Positions 20,953-30,680 of a stretch of DNA of 64,000 bases are shown piece after piece. The position numbers were made by a program, and so were the translations under genes. The stretch comes from Nitrospirales bacterium. Its GTDB lineage: Bacteria > Nitrospirota > Nitrospiria > Nitrospirales > UBA8639. The notes under the pieces were generated by a model. The model saw only the letters and a program-made list of their open reading frames with translations. It was not told the DNA's origin and made no database searches. The stretch covers positions 2,016,001-2,080,000 of the forward strand of contig OY820905.2 of NCBI GenBank assembly GCA_963555755.3, read 5' to 3'. The first letter of the stretch is position 1; each line of letters begins with the position of its first letter.

Positions 20953-21161
20953 ACTGCCTCCTATCCCATATCGAAAGCCAACCCATGAATCGGCAACCAA
21001 CTTCATTGTTCAAGGTTCGATCGGCCCATTACGCCATGAACCAAAGCCTATAGGCCAACACGATCACGAGAATGATCACAGCGTAATCCCAACCATCAAA
21101 AAAGCCAACATCTTTTGAAACGTGCTTTTTTGTGGTCTCTTAATAGTGTTTTAACCTTCAA

Positions 21162-22044
21162 CCTAGAAACAGCAGTTGGATCACAAAAGTCCGCGCAAGC
21201 TCTTAGGGTCCGTCACGAAATAACCGGGACAATTGGCCGAGACGATTTTGGAGCGAGCCAAGGAGCGAAGAGCGCGCATACCGGGAGTATGGAAGCGATG
21301 AGCGACGCCGGCGGAGCCCAAAAGCGTCCGGCCCTCCGGGGAGGCCCATCTTTGGCCCGGGGCAGCGTTGCTCCTCGGTCACAGAGCCCCGCTCTGCTCC
21401 CTCGTCGCGCCTTGCCTCGATCACAAATCTGGGCCTCCCAATTGTCCCGGTTATTTCGTGACGGACCCTGAGCGCACATAGGAGCCTGGCCCAGATTAGA
21501 CAGATCTACTGCGGGTGCGCTGGAGGTGGCCAGATCTTCCGATCCTTTTCGGGGAATGTTGAAAAAGGCCCCCAGCTGCGTTCTCGGGCTTTTGGCGTGC
21601 TCACGTACTCCGTGTACGCTCCGCGCGCCAAAACCCCTGCGGCCTTGCTGGATGGCCTTTTTGAACATTCCCCGTTTTCGTTAAATAGTCACCACTATTC
21701 GCCTCAAACGATCGAAACATCTGGCTCAACCCAGCACCCCCTCGTCACGATCGCTAATCTCGGCCAGGCTCCTCGCAAAATACAAAAATGTCTTATCACC
21801 ACTAAGGGCTCTCGCAGGAATAACATCCCCTGTTTGGGTGCTGAGACACCTGTCTGGCAAGGCGCGAGGACTGCGCATACTCCTCGTATGGAAAGGACGA
21901 GCAACGCTGCCAGACGGGATGGATCGACGCCCAAACAGGGGATGTTATTCTTGCGCGAGCCCTTGGGTGCCCACGACTTTTTGTATTTCACCATGCACCC
22001 CAATGTCTTACACGGCTTTTTTGCGCCCAACTACTGTTTCTAGG
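21162..22044 (+). mobile_element. Nested MITE: D containing F (21206-21468), E (21481-21772, itself containing B 21551-21673) and G (21806-21962)
   Basis: D TIR CCTAGAAAC/GTTTCTAGG with 5-bp TSD TTCAA. F TIR GGGTCCGTCACGAAATAACCGGGACAATTGG. E TIR GGAGCCTGGCC. G TIR GGGCTCTCGCAGGAATAACATCCCCTGTTTGGG. Confidence 0.88.
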
Positions 22045-22060
22045 TTCAATTAAGACATCT

Positions 22061-22201
22061 GGGCACTTCTAAAAACCAGGCATTTTTTGTGAGGGCAAGG
22101 AAGCCGCGCGCGGAAAACCGGAGTGTATGGGCGAATACATGAGGATGTGAGCACGTGGCTGACGCCGCCATCACGGAAAAGGACGGTTTTTAGAGGTGCC
22201 C
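22061..22201. mobile_element. MITE family A copy (reverse)
   Basis: 141 bp, reverse complement of 5529-5669, TSD ATCT. Confidence 0.88.
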
Positions 22202-22332
22202 ATCTTAAAAATCTCTCGCCCCCATGGAATAGGGGAGAGGGCAAGGGTGAGGGGGTCTTAACGAATGGTTAACACACGATAAACCTAGAAACATGGCTAA
22301 GAGTCACTTGTCTTCGTGACGTTTCGTGGCAT

Positions 22333-22367
22333 AAAAAAAGCCGCCTTCCCCGTTGGGAAGGCGGCTT
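22333..22367 (-). terminator. Intrinsic terminator
   Basis: 13-bp stem AAGCCGCCTTCCC/GGGAAGGCGGCTT followed by a U-tract on the minus strand. Confidence 0.85.
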
Positions 22368-22741
22368 GTCTTTGGCGCCTATAACGCCAGGACCATGATT
22401 GCCTTCTCGTGCATCGACCCGCCGATGATTGGACAGTGGGACCTTTTTGCTGAATGAGGAGCCGGGGTCTGTCTCACGCCACAGAGTGGAAGGGAAATTC
22501 TCCTCTGCGGAGTCGCCTGTTCTTTTATTCGCTCAATGAGCACGTGCTAACGGGCACGACCATAGACAGGCAGCATGAACGCCGACTAGAAGCAAAAAGT
22601 CCGCTGTGAGGAGAAGGCAACCCCAATCACAGGCGAGGCCAACTGGTCAGGTGGAGTATTGTCTTGCATAGCGAGACCCTCCTTATTGTGTGCATCGAGG
22701 GACTGGACTTTCCCTCGGGTGAGACCCCGTTATTCGAGGCA
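22333..22741 (-). ncRNA. Candidate structured RNA (~410 nt) containing a 27-codon ORF (22586-22669)
   Basis: Bounded by a promoter and a terminator; no long ORF; multiple long-range complementarities. Confidence 0.55.
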
Positions 22742-22747
22742 AGGAAA

Positions 22748-22776
22748 ATGCTACGCCTGTTGGATAACGGTGTCAA
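22748..22776 (-). promoter_or_regulatory. sigma70-type promoter
   Basis: TTGACA-N17-TAGCAT on the minus strand. Confidence 0.7.
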
Positions 22777-22803
22777 TTAAAAAAGCAATCCCCTCCAAGC
22801 AGA

Positions 22804-23109
22804 TTATTCCAGGAGGTGATGACTCCGCTGCGGGCGCCGTTGGCGCGGCCGTCGAAATGTTTCACCCGTGGACAGTGACGCGATAGATGATCGAGCCTTA
22901 CGGGTAGCTATTGCGCCCACCCAGGCACAGGACAATCCAAGGAAAACCATACACATCGCAAAAAACGCCTCGGAGGACACGAGCGGCATCGCACTAATCT
23001 TTGCAATAAATGGCGAACCGAACGGTTCACCTTGGGTTTGGAAAAAAGGAATCGTGAGGAAGATTCCGATCATGATTCCACCGAAAAAACGTTTGAAGGG
23101 GTTGGTCAT
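22804..23109 (-). CDS. Small hypothetical membrane protein
   Basis: Two hydrophobic segments; lies downstream of the YtxH-like gene. Confidence 0.45.
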   Translation of the reverse strand: MTNPFKRFFGGIMIGIFLTIPFFQTQGEPFGSPFIAKISAMPLVSSEAFFAMCMVFLGLSCAWVGAIATRKARSSIASLSTGETFRRPRQRRPQRSHHLLE

Positions 23110-23196
23110 GTTATCACTCGTTTCAACACTGACGCTCTTGAACACGCCATTGTTACCTCAAGACATGCAAGAGTCTGCGCCACAAATACAATCTGT

Positions 23197-23439
23197 TTAC
23201 ACCCCTTTGTGATTGCTCAGGACAAGCTTCCCCTTTTCAAGCACTGTGCCAACTTTTTGCATCACTCGGCCGCCCATATGGGTCACCTCGTCTTGGGCTT
23301 TGTGCACGTGCACCTGAATTTGCTCGCGCGTCACACGGCCGGAGTGCGGCGCAAATAATATTCCCAAACCGGCACCTACAGCCATTCCGCCAGCAACCGC
23401 AGCCGACATCGTCAAGACCTGTCGAAGCATAGACATCAT
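23197..23439 (-). CDS. YtxH-like protein
   Basis: GAGLGILFAPHSGRVTRE motif; AAGGAGG RBS. Confidence 0.8.
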   Translation of the reverse strand: MMSMLRQVLTMSAAVAGGMAVGAGLGILFAPHSGRVTREQIQVHVHKAQDEVTHMGGRVMQKVGTVLEKGKLVLSNHKGV

Positions 23440-23666
23440 GAAACCTCCTTGTGTAAGTAAGAGTGGATGAGTAGGGCTTCCCTCCGCTCGTCAAACGAGA
23501 GGAGATGGATTTGATTCCATATTCTGCCCCCATGACAAGAATTCGGTAAATACGCGGTTTGAAGTATCGGGTTCAATTCACCCCAAAAGTCTGATTAGGG
23601 GCCTGTTGAATATTTCATGCCCAGATCCCATAAATGCGCCAGGGAAGACAACCAACATCAGTGAGA

Positions 23667-23865
23667 GGAAATGTTCAAAAAAGCATGCCCTGAGTCTTTC
23701 CGAAGGGTCTATCCAGCAAGGCCGCAGCCCTTTTGACGCGCGAAGCGTACTCTCAGTACGTGAGGACGGCAAAAGGGCGACCAGCCTGCGCCAAGGCTAC
23801 GGTAGGCAGGGAACGCCGCTGGTGCCGTAGCCTTGGCGAAGGCTGGCGGCGTTTTCAACATTCCC
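23667..23865. mobile_element. MITE family B variant with embedded REP-like palindromes
   Basis: AATGTTCAAAAA ... TTTTCAACATTCCC ends; inserts CCCTGAG..CGAAGGG and GCCAAGGCTACGG. Confidence 0.7.
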
Positions 23866-23902
23866 ATTAGAGTTTCGACAGGCTTCTGCCGATACACAGG
23901 AC

Positions 23903-24148
23903 ATGAGCGTATCGATGTTCACGGTCAAGCCTGATCTCACTCCGCATGACCAGCTACGCTTGCTGGAAGCCTGGGATGCCTGGGACATTCCGCGTGACCA
24001 ACAACGGGACTGGCAAATCCAACTCTTTGGCCCTGATTTCCATTCTCATCTTTCCGACTACTTCACGTATGAAACCGTTTTCGCCAAAGACGACCAACTC
24101 GAACTCCCCTTTGACTCCGAGCTTCCAGACCCACCCATTGTTTCCTAA
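23903..24148 (+). CDS. Small acidic hypothetical protein
   Basis: 81-aa ORF with an AGGA RBS; no recognised motif. Confidence 0.4.
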   Translation: MSVSMFTVKPDLTPHDQLRLLEAWDAWDIPRDQQRDWQIQLFGPDFHSHLSDYFTYETVFAKDDQLELPFDSELPDPPIVS

Positions 24149-24656
24149 AAGAGACTGTTGAAATAGTCCCCATTGGTCACTCAGCTGGCACCAGCCTCAT
24201 CTCCGTATTTTTAATAATATTGCGTGGCATCGAACCAGTAAACAATACACGGAACGAACGGCAAGTCACCACAACAGCAACCGCCTCCACCTTCGGAAAG
24301 CGATTCAGTCGACATTTTCAAGGATGCCCAAACCCTTTTTGCTAGTTCAGTGTTAGACACGTAACACTCCTCCCCAGAAGTGGTACGTCAAGGGAAGGCC
24401 GTGCCCCTTACTCCCCAAACACCGTTTTTTGGGTGCTTGATACTTAGAAATTCTTGCCCATTGCACATCCGCTTTTGTGATGTTCTCTTCAACAGGCGTC
24501 CTGTAGAAACCAATGCCCCACAAGGATTCCCTTCAATCTTTCCTACCCAACAAGAAATATTCCTTTTGAGGAATTGACACTTAGGCATCAGGTCACGCAT
24601 CATGAGAAAATGTTCCTACGTCTAAACGCGTACTCGCATCAACCATTGAAAATTCA

Positions 24657-26282
24657 GTGAACACAAAAACCAAATGCCAACAGTTTAGGCAACTCCTCCA
24701 ATCACAGGAGTTGGAATTCATTTGTGAAGCCCATAATGGGCTCAGTGCCAAAATTGTGGAGGAAGCTGGGTTCAAGGGGATTTGGGGCAGTGGCTTGACC
24801 ATTTCCGCTCAGTTCGGGGTTCGAGACAATAATGAAGCGAGCTGGACGCAAATTCTGGACAACCTCGAGTTCATGTCTGATGCCACACATATTCCCATCC
24901 TGCTCGACGGCGATACTGGTTATGGCAATTTCAATAACATGCAACGACTCATTCGCAAACTCGAACAGCGCCAGATCGCCGCCGTCTGCATCGAAGACAA
25001 ACTCTTCCCCAAAACGAATAGTTTCTTGAAGGGCGATGCCCAACCCATGGCGGACATCGATGAATTTTCCGGCAAAATCAAAGCCGGCAAAGATGCGCAA
25101 ACCGATGACGATTTTTGCATCATCGCCCGGGTCGAAGCCTTTATTTGCGGGTGGGGGTTGGCCGAGGCCTTACGACGCGCCGACGCGTATCATCAAGCAG
25201 GCGCCGATGGCATTTTAATTCATAGTGCCCTGGCCGTTCCTGATGAAATCCTGTCATTCAAACGCGAATGGGGTGATCGCTGCCCGGTCGTCATCGTTCC
25301 GACGAAATATTATTCCACGCCGACCGACGTCTTTCGGCATTCCGAGTTCGCCATGGTCATTTGGGCCAACCACCTTCTTCGCACGGCTGTCACGACGATG
25401 CAAAAAACCGCCAAGACGTTGAAAGAACAGGAGCACCTGCTGTCCATCGAAGACCGAATCGCACCGGTATCTGAAATCTTTCGTCTTCAAGGTGCGGCAG
25501 AACTTCAAGAGGCGGAAAAACGGTATCTCCCGCAGAACTCCGAAAACATGGCCGCCATTATCCTGGCCGCTTCCCGAGGGGATGAGCTAGGTGAACTCAC
25601 GGAAGACAAACCCAAAACCATGGTGCATATCCAAGGCACGCCTCTCCTGTCCCACATTGTGGATGCCTACAATGCCGTGGGGATCAAAAATATTACGGTC
25701 GTTCGTGGTTACAAAAAAGAAGCCGTGACGCTGCCGAATCTCACCTATGTGGATAATGATAGGTTCGCCGATACAGGAGAATTGGATTCGCTGCTCAAAG
25801 CGCTTCGCGCAAAAAACGGGGCATTTCAAGACACAATTATTTCTTATGGCGATGTCTTGTTCAATCAATACATTCCACAAACGCTTTTCCAGGAACAAGA
25901 AGATCTGGTCATATTCGTGGATAGCTCATGGGAAGGGAAGACCAGTTATACTCGTCTCGGAGGATTCGCGGAATGCACCCTTCCCAATTCACGGAAAACA
26001 TTCCATTCAAAAGTGTATTTACAACAATTAGGCCAAGATGTGCCGGAAGCCTCCATCCACGGCGTCTGGATGGGATTCCTCAAAGTTTCCTCCAAAGCAT
26101 GTGAACAATTACAAGAAATTTTAGAACACATGCTTGCCGATCCTGCCAACCGGAAAGCCGGCATGTCTCAGTTGTTTCAAGAGTTGCTGCGACGGAAATT
26201 TTCCATCCGGGTCCTGTACACTGTTGGCCATTGGCTGGATATTAATAGCCTCGACGATATCGTCCATGCCGGAGAGTTTTAA
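24657..26282 (+). CDS. pepM: Phosphoenolpyruvate mutase fused to a C-terminal nucleotidyl (cytidylyl)transferase
   Basis: Diagnostic [10 protein letters not shown] (EDKx5NS); C-terminal [18 protein letters not shown]-transferase domain. Confidence 0.95.
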   Translation: MNTKTKCQQFRQLLQSQELEFICEAHNGLSAKIVEEAGFKGIWGSGLTISAQFGVRDNNEASWTQILDNLEFMSDATHIPILLDGDTGYGNFNNMQRLIRKLEQRQIAAVCIEDKLFPKTNSFLKGDAQPMADIDEFSGKIKAGKDAQTDDDFCIIARVEAFICGWGLAEALRRADAYHQAGADGILIHSALAVPDEILSFKREWGDRCPVVIVPTKYYSTPTDVFRHSEFAMVIWANHLLRTAVTTMQKTAKTLKEQEHLLSIEDRIAPVSEIFRLQGAAELQEAEKRYLPQNSENMAAIILAASRGDELGELTEDKPKTMVHIQGTPLLSHIVDAYNAVGIKNITVVRGYKKEAVTLPNLTYVDNDRFADTGELDSLLKALRAKNGAFQDTIISYGDVLFNQYIPQTLFQEQEDLVIFVDSSWEGKTSYTRLGGFAECTLPNSRKTFHSKVYLQQLGQDVPEASIHGVWMGFLKVSSKACEQLQEILEHMLADPANRKAGMSQLFQELLRRKFSIRVLYTVGHWLDINSLDDIVHAGEF

Positions 26283-26352
26283 AGTCTGAAGGGCCCCGTG
26301 AGTTCCATAGGGATTCCCGCAACTGATTCATCCTTCCAAACAGAAATCCATT

Positions 26353-27477
26353 ATGCTTGACCCCGAACAGTTTTTTGCATGCCTTCAGCAGCATGAGGTG
26401 TCGTTTTTCACAGGAGTCCCGGATTCACTGCTGAAAGATTTTTGTGCTTGCGTGACGCAAAAGGCTCCAGAGAACCAACATATTATCAGTGCCAATGAAG
26501 GCGGGGCCGTTGCCTTGGCGGTTGGCTACCATCTCGCCACAGGGAACATTCCTTTGGTCTATTTACAGAATTCCGGGTTGGGGAACATCATTAATCCCCT
26601 TCTCTCACTGGCCGATCCGGACGTGTATGCCATTCCCATACTGTTCGTCATCGGATGGCGAGGTGAACCGGACGTGCATGATGAACCCCAACATAAAAAG
26701 CAAGGGCGGGTCATGCTGTCCATGCTGGACTCGATGGAAATACCCTATTCCATTGTCAACCCGGAGATGGATCAGGCCGAGGCAACCATTAAACAGGCAC
26801 TTCACACCGCTCGTGAGACTCATGGCCCCTATGCCCTGATCATTCGAAAAGGCACCTTTAGTCCGTTTCAGCTCCAGCAACCGCCCGCCCCGTCTTTTGA
26901 ATTAACAAGGGAAGCAGCCATTCACCATATCCTTGATGAGCTCGGAGATGAGGATATCGTTATCTCCACGACCGGCATGCCCTCTCGCGAAGTCTTTGAA
27001 TATCGAGCGCACAAGAATCAAGGGCATCAACGAGATTTCTTAACGGTGGGTGGAATGGGACATGCGTCACACATCGCCTTGGGCATTGCTCTTCAAAAAC
27101 CCGACCGAAAGGTATTGTGTTTGGATGGCGATGGGGCGGTACTCATGCATTTGGGTGCCCTGGCCATCAATGGGTCTCTCAAACCACAGAATTTTACACA
27201 TATCCTCCTCAACAACGGGGCCCACGATTCCGTGGGCGGACAACCGACCGTTGGGTTTCAAGTAGACTTTTTGACCATGGCTCAAGCGGTAGGCTATAAA
27301 ACAACAGCCCAGGTTCAGACCGCTGAAGGGATCAAACACGAACTCGTGAGGATTCGAAAATCTCAAGGACCAAGCTTACTGGAAATTCGTATCAACAAAG
27401 GGGCAAGAAAAGATTTAGGAAGACCAACATTGACTCCGGTTCAGAATAAACAGGGGTTTATGAAATTTCTTTCCTAA
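26353..27477 (+). CDS. aepY: Phosphonopyruvate decarboxylase
   Basis: FFTGVPDS, ANEGGA, QNSGLGN, TTG..SRE, DGDGA..MH and HDSVGGQ motifs. Confidence 0.95.
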   Translation: MLDPEQFFACLQQHEVSFFTGVPDSLLKDFCACVTQKAPENQHIISANEGGAVALAVGYHLATGNIPLVYLQNSGLGNIINPLLSLADPDVYAIPILFVIGWRGEPDVHDEPQHKKQGRVMLSMLDSMEIPYSIVNPEMDQAEATIKQALHTARETHGPYALIIRKGTFSPFQLQQPPAPSFELTREAAIHHILDELGDEDIVISTTGMPSREVFEYRAHKNQGHQRDFLTVGGMGHASHIALGIALQKPDRKVLCLDGDGAVLMHLGALAINGSLKPQNFTHILLNNGAHDSVGGQPTVGFQVDFLTMAQAVGYKTTAQVQTAEGIKHELVRIRKSQGPSLLEIRINKGARKDLGRPTLTPVQNKQGFMKFLS

Positions 27478-27596
27478 TCTGTTCGGACGTAATGCGTGAA
27501 GCGTAGGGGAAAAAGAGCAACGGTATTTCTTCCACCTATAACGGATCACCCATCACGGATCACGAAACCGGCCAATAATTTTCTGCGCCACCAATC

Positions 27597-28439
27597 ATGA
27601 ACACCCTCACAGCCTATAATGGCATTCACATCCCGGTCTTCATGTATGGCACCGCCTGGAAGAAAGAGGCGACAGACGATCTCGTTCAATTGGCTGTCTC
27701 TTCCGGGTTTACCGCTATCGACACAGCCAATCAACTCATCCATTACAATGAGGCCCTCGTGGGAGAGGCCTTACTCACCCTTGCCAGCCAAGGCACCACG
27801 CGAGAATCCTTATTTCTCCAAACCAAATTCACGTCGGTTTCCGGGCAAGACCATCGCACACCTTACGATCCGATTGCCCCAATTTCCAAACAAGTCGAAC
27901 AATCGTTTGAAAATTCGCTGCAACATCTGCATACCGATTACCTAGACTCCTACGTCTTGCACGGGCCATATTCGCGACATGGTTTAGGAAAGGAAGACCG
28001 GGAAGTCTGGACAGCCTTTGAAGGAATCTATCAGTCAGGCCAGACCAAAATGATTGGCATCAGCAATGTCACGGCAAGCCAACTCCGCCAGCTTTGTGAG
28101 GAAGCCACGGTGAAACCCATGGTCGTCCAGAACCGCTGTTATGCCAGTCATGGGTGGGATCATGAAGTGCGAGAACTCTGCACCGCGCACGACATTATCT
28201 ATCAAGGGTTTTCGCTCTTAACCGCCAACCAAAATGTATTGAGAGACCCGGAAATTGGAAGGATCGCTCATCGTGTGGGGTCAGGGCAGATGCAGGTCAT
28301 CTTTCGGTTTGCCCAGCAAATCGGCATGCTCCCCTTAACCGGCACGACCAACGCACAACATATGAAAGACGATTTACAAATTGAGAACTTCCAACTCACC
28401 TCGGAAGAAATCACGCAGATTGAAAGAATTGGACTATGA
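27597..28439 (+). CDS. Aldo/keto reductase
   Basis: YGTA, IDTA..Y, LQTKF, YLDSYVLH and IGISN motifs. Confidence 0.9.
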   Translation: MNTLTAYNGIHIPVFMYGTAWKKEATDDLVQLAVSSGFTAIDTANQLIHYNEALVGEALLTLASQGTTRESLFLQTKFTSVSGQDHRTPYDPIAPISKQVEQSFENSLQHLHTDYLDSYVLHGPYSRHGLGKEDREVWTAFEGIYQSGQTKMIGISNVTASQLRQLCEEATVKPMVVQNRCYASHGWDHEVRELCTAHDIIYQGFSLLTANQNVLRDPEIGRIAHRVGSGQMQVIFRFAQQIGMLPLTGTTNAQHMKDDLQIENFQLTSEEITQIERIGL

Positions 28440-28979
28440 TGGCGCTGATTCCGTTTGATTGTCCTCTTGATTCTTTGAGCCGCTGACTTCGGAGGTCAAT
28501 GTATCAGATGTCTCCGCCGTTGCCCGGGATAGATCCTTACTCTCAGCCACTGGGCCAAAAGTCTTTTTGGACTTAACCTGGCCTGCTTTACCCTGGCCTA
28601 TTGAGGAGCCCATGGTGATTTTTCCATTAAAAATCACGCCATTGTCCATAGACAGTTTGGGAGTTGTAATCGACGCATCAATGGTCGCCGGCGATTTAAG
28701 CTCGACCCGTTGGACGGCGGTGATTTCTCCCGTGATTCGCCCACTGGCGATCACCGCCCCAGCATGAATCTGAGCTTTCACGTTAGCTTGCTCGCCGATG
28801 AATAAGGTGTCTTCGGTTTCAATTTCGCCTTCGAAAGTTCCATCGATTCGAACATTCCCTTTGTAGGTCAGCACCCCGGAAAATTGTACTTCGTGCCCCA
28901 CAAACGCCACGATGTCTCCCAACTCTGATAACGTTCTCTCCATTGTCCGATTTGAGAATTCGTCTTTTTCCTGGGCCAT
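28434..28979 (-). CDS. Bactofilin (polymer-forming cytoskeletal protein)
   Basis: VRIDGTFEGEI...GRITGEI...GVIFNGKI beta-helix repeats. Confidence 0.88.
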   Translation of the reverse strand: MAQEKDEFSNRTMERTLSELGDIVAFVGHEVQFSGVLTYKGNVRIDGTFEGEIETEDTLFIGEQANVKAQIHAGAVIASGRITGEITAVQRVELKSPATIDASITTPKLSMDNGVIFNGKITMGSSIGQGKAGQVKSKKTFGPVAESKDLSRATAETSDTLTSEVSGSKNQEDNQTESAPS

Positions 28980-29236
28980 AGTTTCACTCCTTCATCACCA
29001 AAGACAAACTTACAAGGCCAATGCCAAGACACCCTACAAGAAATATGGCCTCGCTTCAATGCACAGATACAATTTTCCATGCCTCCCTTTTCATATTGTC
29101 TCTTTTTCAGGTATTTTCTCTTGGTTCACCGATTTAACCTAGACATTATGTATTGACCTGCCCAATCTTCAGGCACGTGGGGTAAGCTACGGGGGAATCA
29201 CCCGGAGTTTACAACCACCATGAAGGAGGACAGGGC

Positions 29237-30361
29237 ATGAACCAGTTTCACAAGTTTGTTGGGTTGGACACACACAAGGACACGATTGCGGTGGCGGTGA
29301 GTGAGGCGAATGGGGGGCCCACCCGGTACTATGGTGAAATTTCAAACACGCCCAAGGCGCTGGCCAAGTTGGTCAAGACCCTGACCGCCCAAGGGGACGC
29401 GGTGTCATTTTGTTATGAGGCCGGCCCGTGTGGCTATGGGATCTATCGACAACTCACGGCGTTGGGCCAGGCTTGCGCGGTGGTGGCGCCGTCCCTGATC
29501 CCCACGAAACCGGGCGACCGAGTGAAGACGGATCGGCGCGACAGTGAATCGCTGTCCCGGTTGCATCGGGCAGGCGAGCTCACAGCCGTCTGGGTGCCGG
29601 ATCAGGAGCAGGAAGCGATGCGGGATCTCACGCGAGCGCGGGAAGATATGAAAGGGCTGGAACGGATCACCAAACAACGGCTCAATGCGTTTCTGCTTCG
29701 GCATGGCCGCAACTATGATCGGGGAAAATGTCGTTGGACCCAGGCGCATAGCCGCTGGTTGGCAGGCCTGAAGTTTGAGAACACGGTGCAACAGATTGTC
29801 TTTCAAGAATATATAGAGGCGGTGAAGCAGGCCGCAGGCCGCGTGTCCGGGTTGGAACACGAGATGGCGCAAGCGCTAAAGACCTGGGAGCTGGCCCCAA
29901 TGGTCGAGGCCCTGATGGCCCTGCGCGGGGTGAAGCTGATCACCGCCATGACCGTGCTGGCAGAACTGGGGGACCTCAGTCGTTTTACCTCCCCGTCGCA
30001 ACTGATGGCCTATCTGGGGCTGGTGCCTCGTGAACACTCCAGTGGCCAGACCCGGCGGCGCGGCGGGATCACCAAGACGGGTAACGGCCATGTGCGGCGG
30101 GTGCTGGTCGAAGCCGCCTGGGGATACCGGTTCCCGGCTCGTAAGACTGCGCATCTGCAACGGCGGGCCACACAGACGTCCGCAGCCGTGCAGGCCATCG
30201 CCTGGAAAGCCCAGAAGCGATTGTGCGGGCGCTATCGGCATCTGCTGGCGGCCGGGAAACTCACGGTGCAGGCTTGTACGGCTGTGGCCCGGGAGTTGGC
30301 GGGGTTTATCTGGGCGATTGCGTGTGAAGTCCTGAACCAACCGGCTGTGAACACTCGGTAA
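29237..30361 (+). CDS. IS110 family DEDD transposase/recombinase
   Basis: GLDTHK, YEAG and KTDRRD (DEDD), plus C-terminal GLVP..HSSG. Confidence 0.96.
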   Translation: MNQFHKFVGLDTHKDTIAVAVSEANGGPTRYYGEISNTPKALAKLVKTLTAQGDAVSFCYEAGPCGYGIYRQLTALGQACAVVAPSLIPTKPGDRVKTDRRDSESLSRLHRAGELTAVWVPDQEQEAMRDLTRAREDMKGLERITKQRLNAFLLRHGRNYDRGKCRWTQAHSRWLAGLKFENTVQQIVFQEYIEAVKQAAGRVSGLEHEMAQALKTWELAPMVEALMALRGVKLITAMTVLAELGDLSRFTSPSQLMAYLGLVPREHSSGQTRRRGGITKTGNGHVRRVLVEAAWGYRFPARKTAHLQRRATQTSAAVQAIAWKAQKRLCGRYRHLLAAGKLTVQACTAVARELAGFIWAIACEVLNQPAVNTR

Positions 30362-30406
30362 GACCTGAGCGAACTGACTGGTTAGCACCACCATGCACAC
30401 AAGGAA

Positions 30407-30618
30407 TATCCAGCCAGTCTTTGGGCCAGGGCAGGGGCGGCCGGTGGGAGAATCCTCGGCGTTTCTATGAGGCGCTCAACAGAACTGAGACGACCCTCGA
30501 TCCTAGAGAGAGGCAGCTCCACGACGAAGAGAGGTCAGGCGGTGTCGACCCGCGTATATCAGAGTGATCCACCGTCGTTGATTGCCACCCCTGCCCTGTG
30601 CCAAGGACTGGCTGGATA
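30407..30618 (+). ncRNA. Putative bridge/seek RNA of the IS1111-type element
   Basis: Long closing stem (30407-30441 with 30584-30618) enclosing segments that match the target and donor junctions. Confidence 0.75.
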
Positions 30619-30680
30619 AAGCCAGAACGGATGCGACATTGAACACTTGATTACCAATAGTTGACAGGTCAATACATATC

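Larger units (their letters stand above)
29144..30680 (+). mobile_element. IS110 family, IS1111-type element inserted in the TIR of MITE D
   Basis: Perfect 14-bp subterminal IRs TATGTATTGACCTG (29147-29160) / CAGGTCAATACATA (30665-30678); core AGA at both junctions; long 3' non-coding region. Confidence 0.92.

Noticed and set aside
21030..21140. Short hydrophobic reading frame (..DYAVIILVIVLAYRLWFMA*) upstream of ppgK
   Set aside because: An in-frame stop lies just upstream and no convincing start or RBS precedes the hydrophobic stretch; at most a remnant.
20185..21160. Fluoride riboswitch upstream of crcB
   Set aside because: crcB overlaps the ppgK stop codon and I found no convincing fluoride aptamer consensus upstream.
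21162..22201. Possible CRISPR array or integron attC cassette array
   Set aside because: The repeats are inverted and nested with TSDs, not regularly spaced direct repeats; no cas or intI gene is present in the window.
22333..22741. RNase P RNA (GAAAGTCC and ACAGACCCCGGCT-like strings)
   Set aside because: The two strings cannot form the P4 helix and other conserved regions are missing. There are also no tRNA-like ends for tmRNA.
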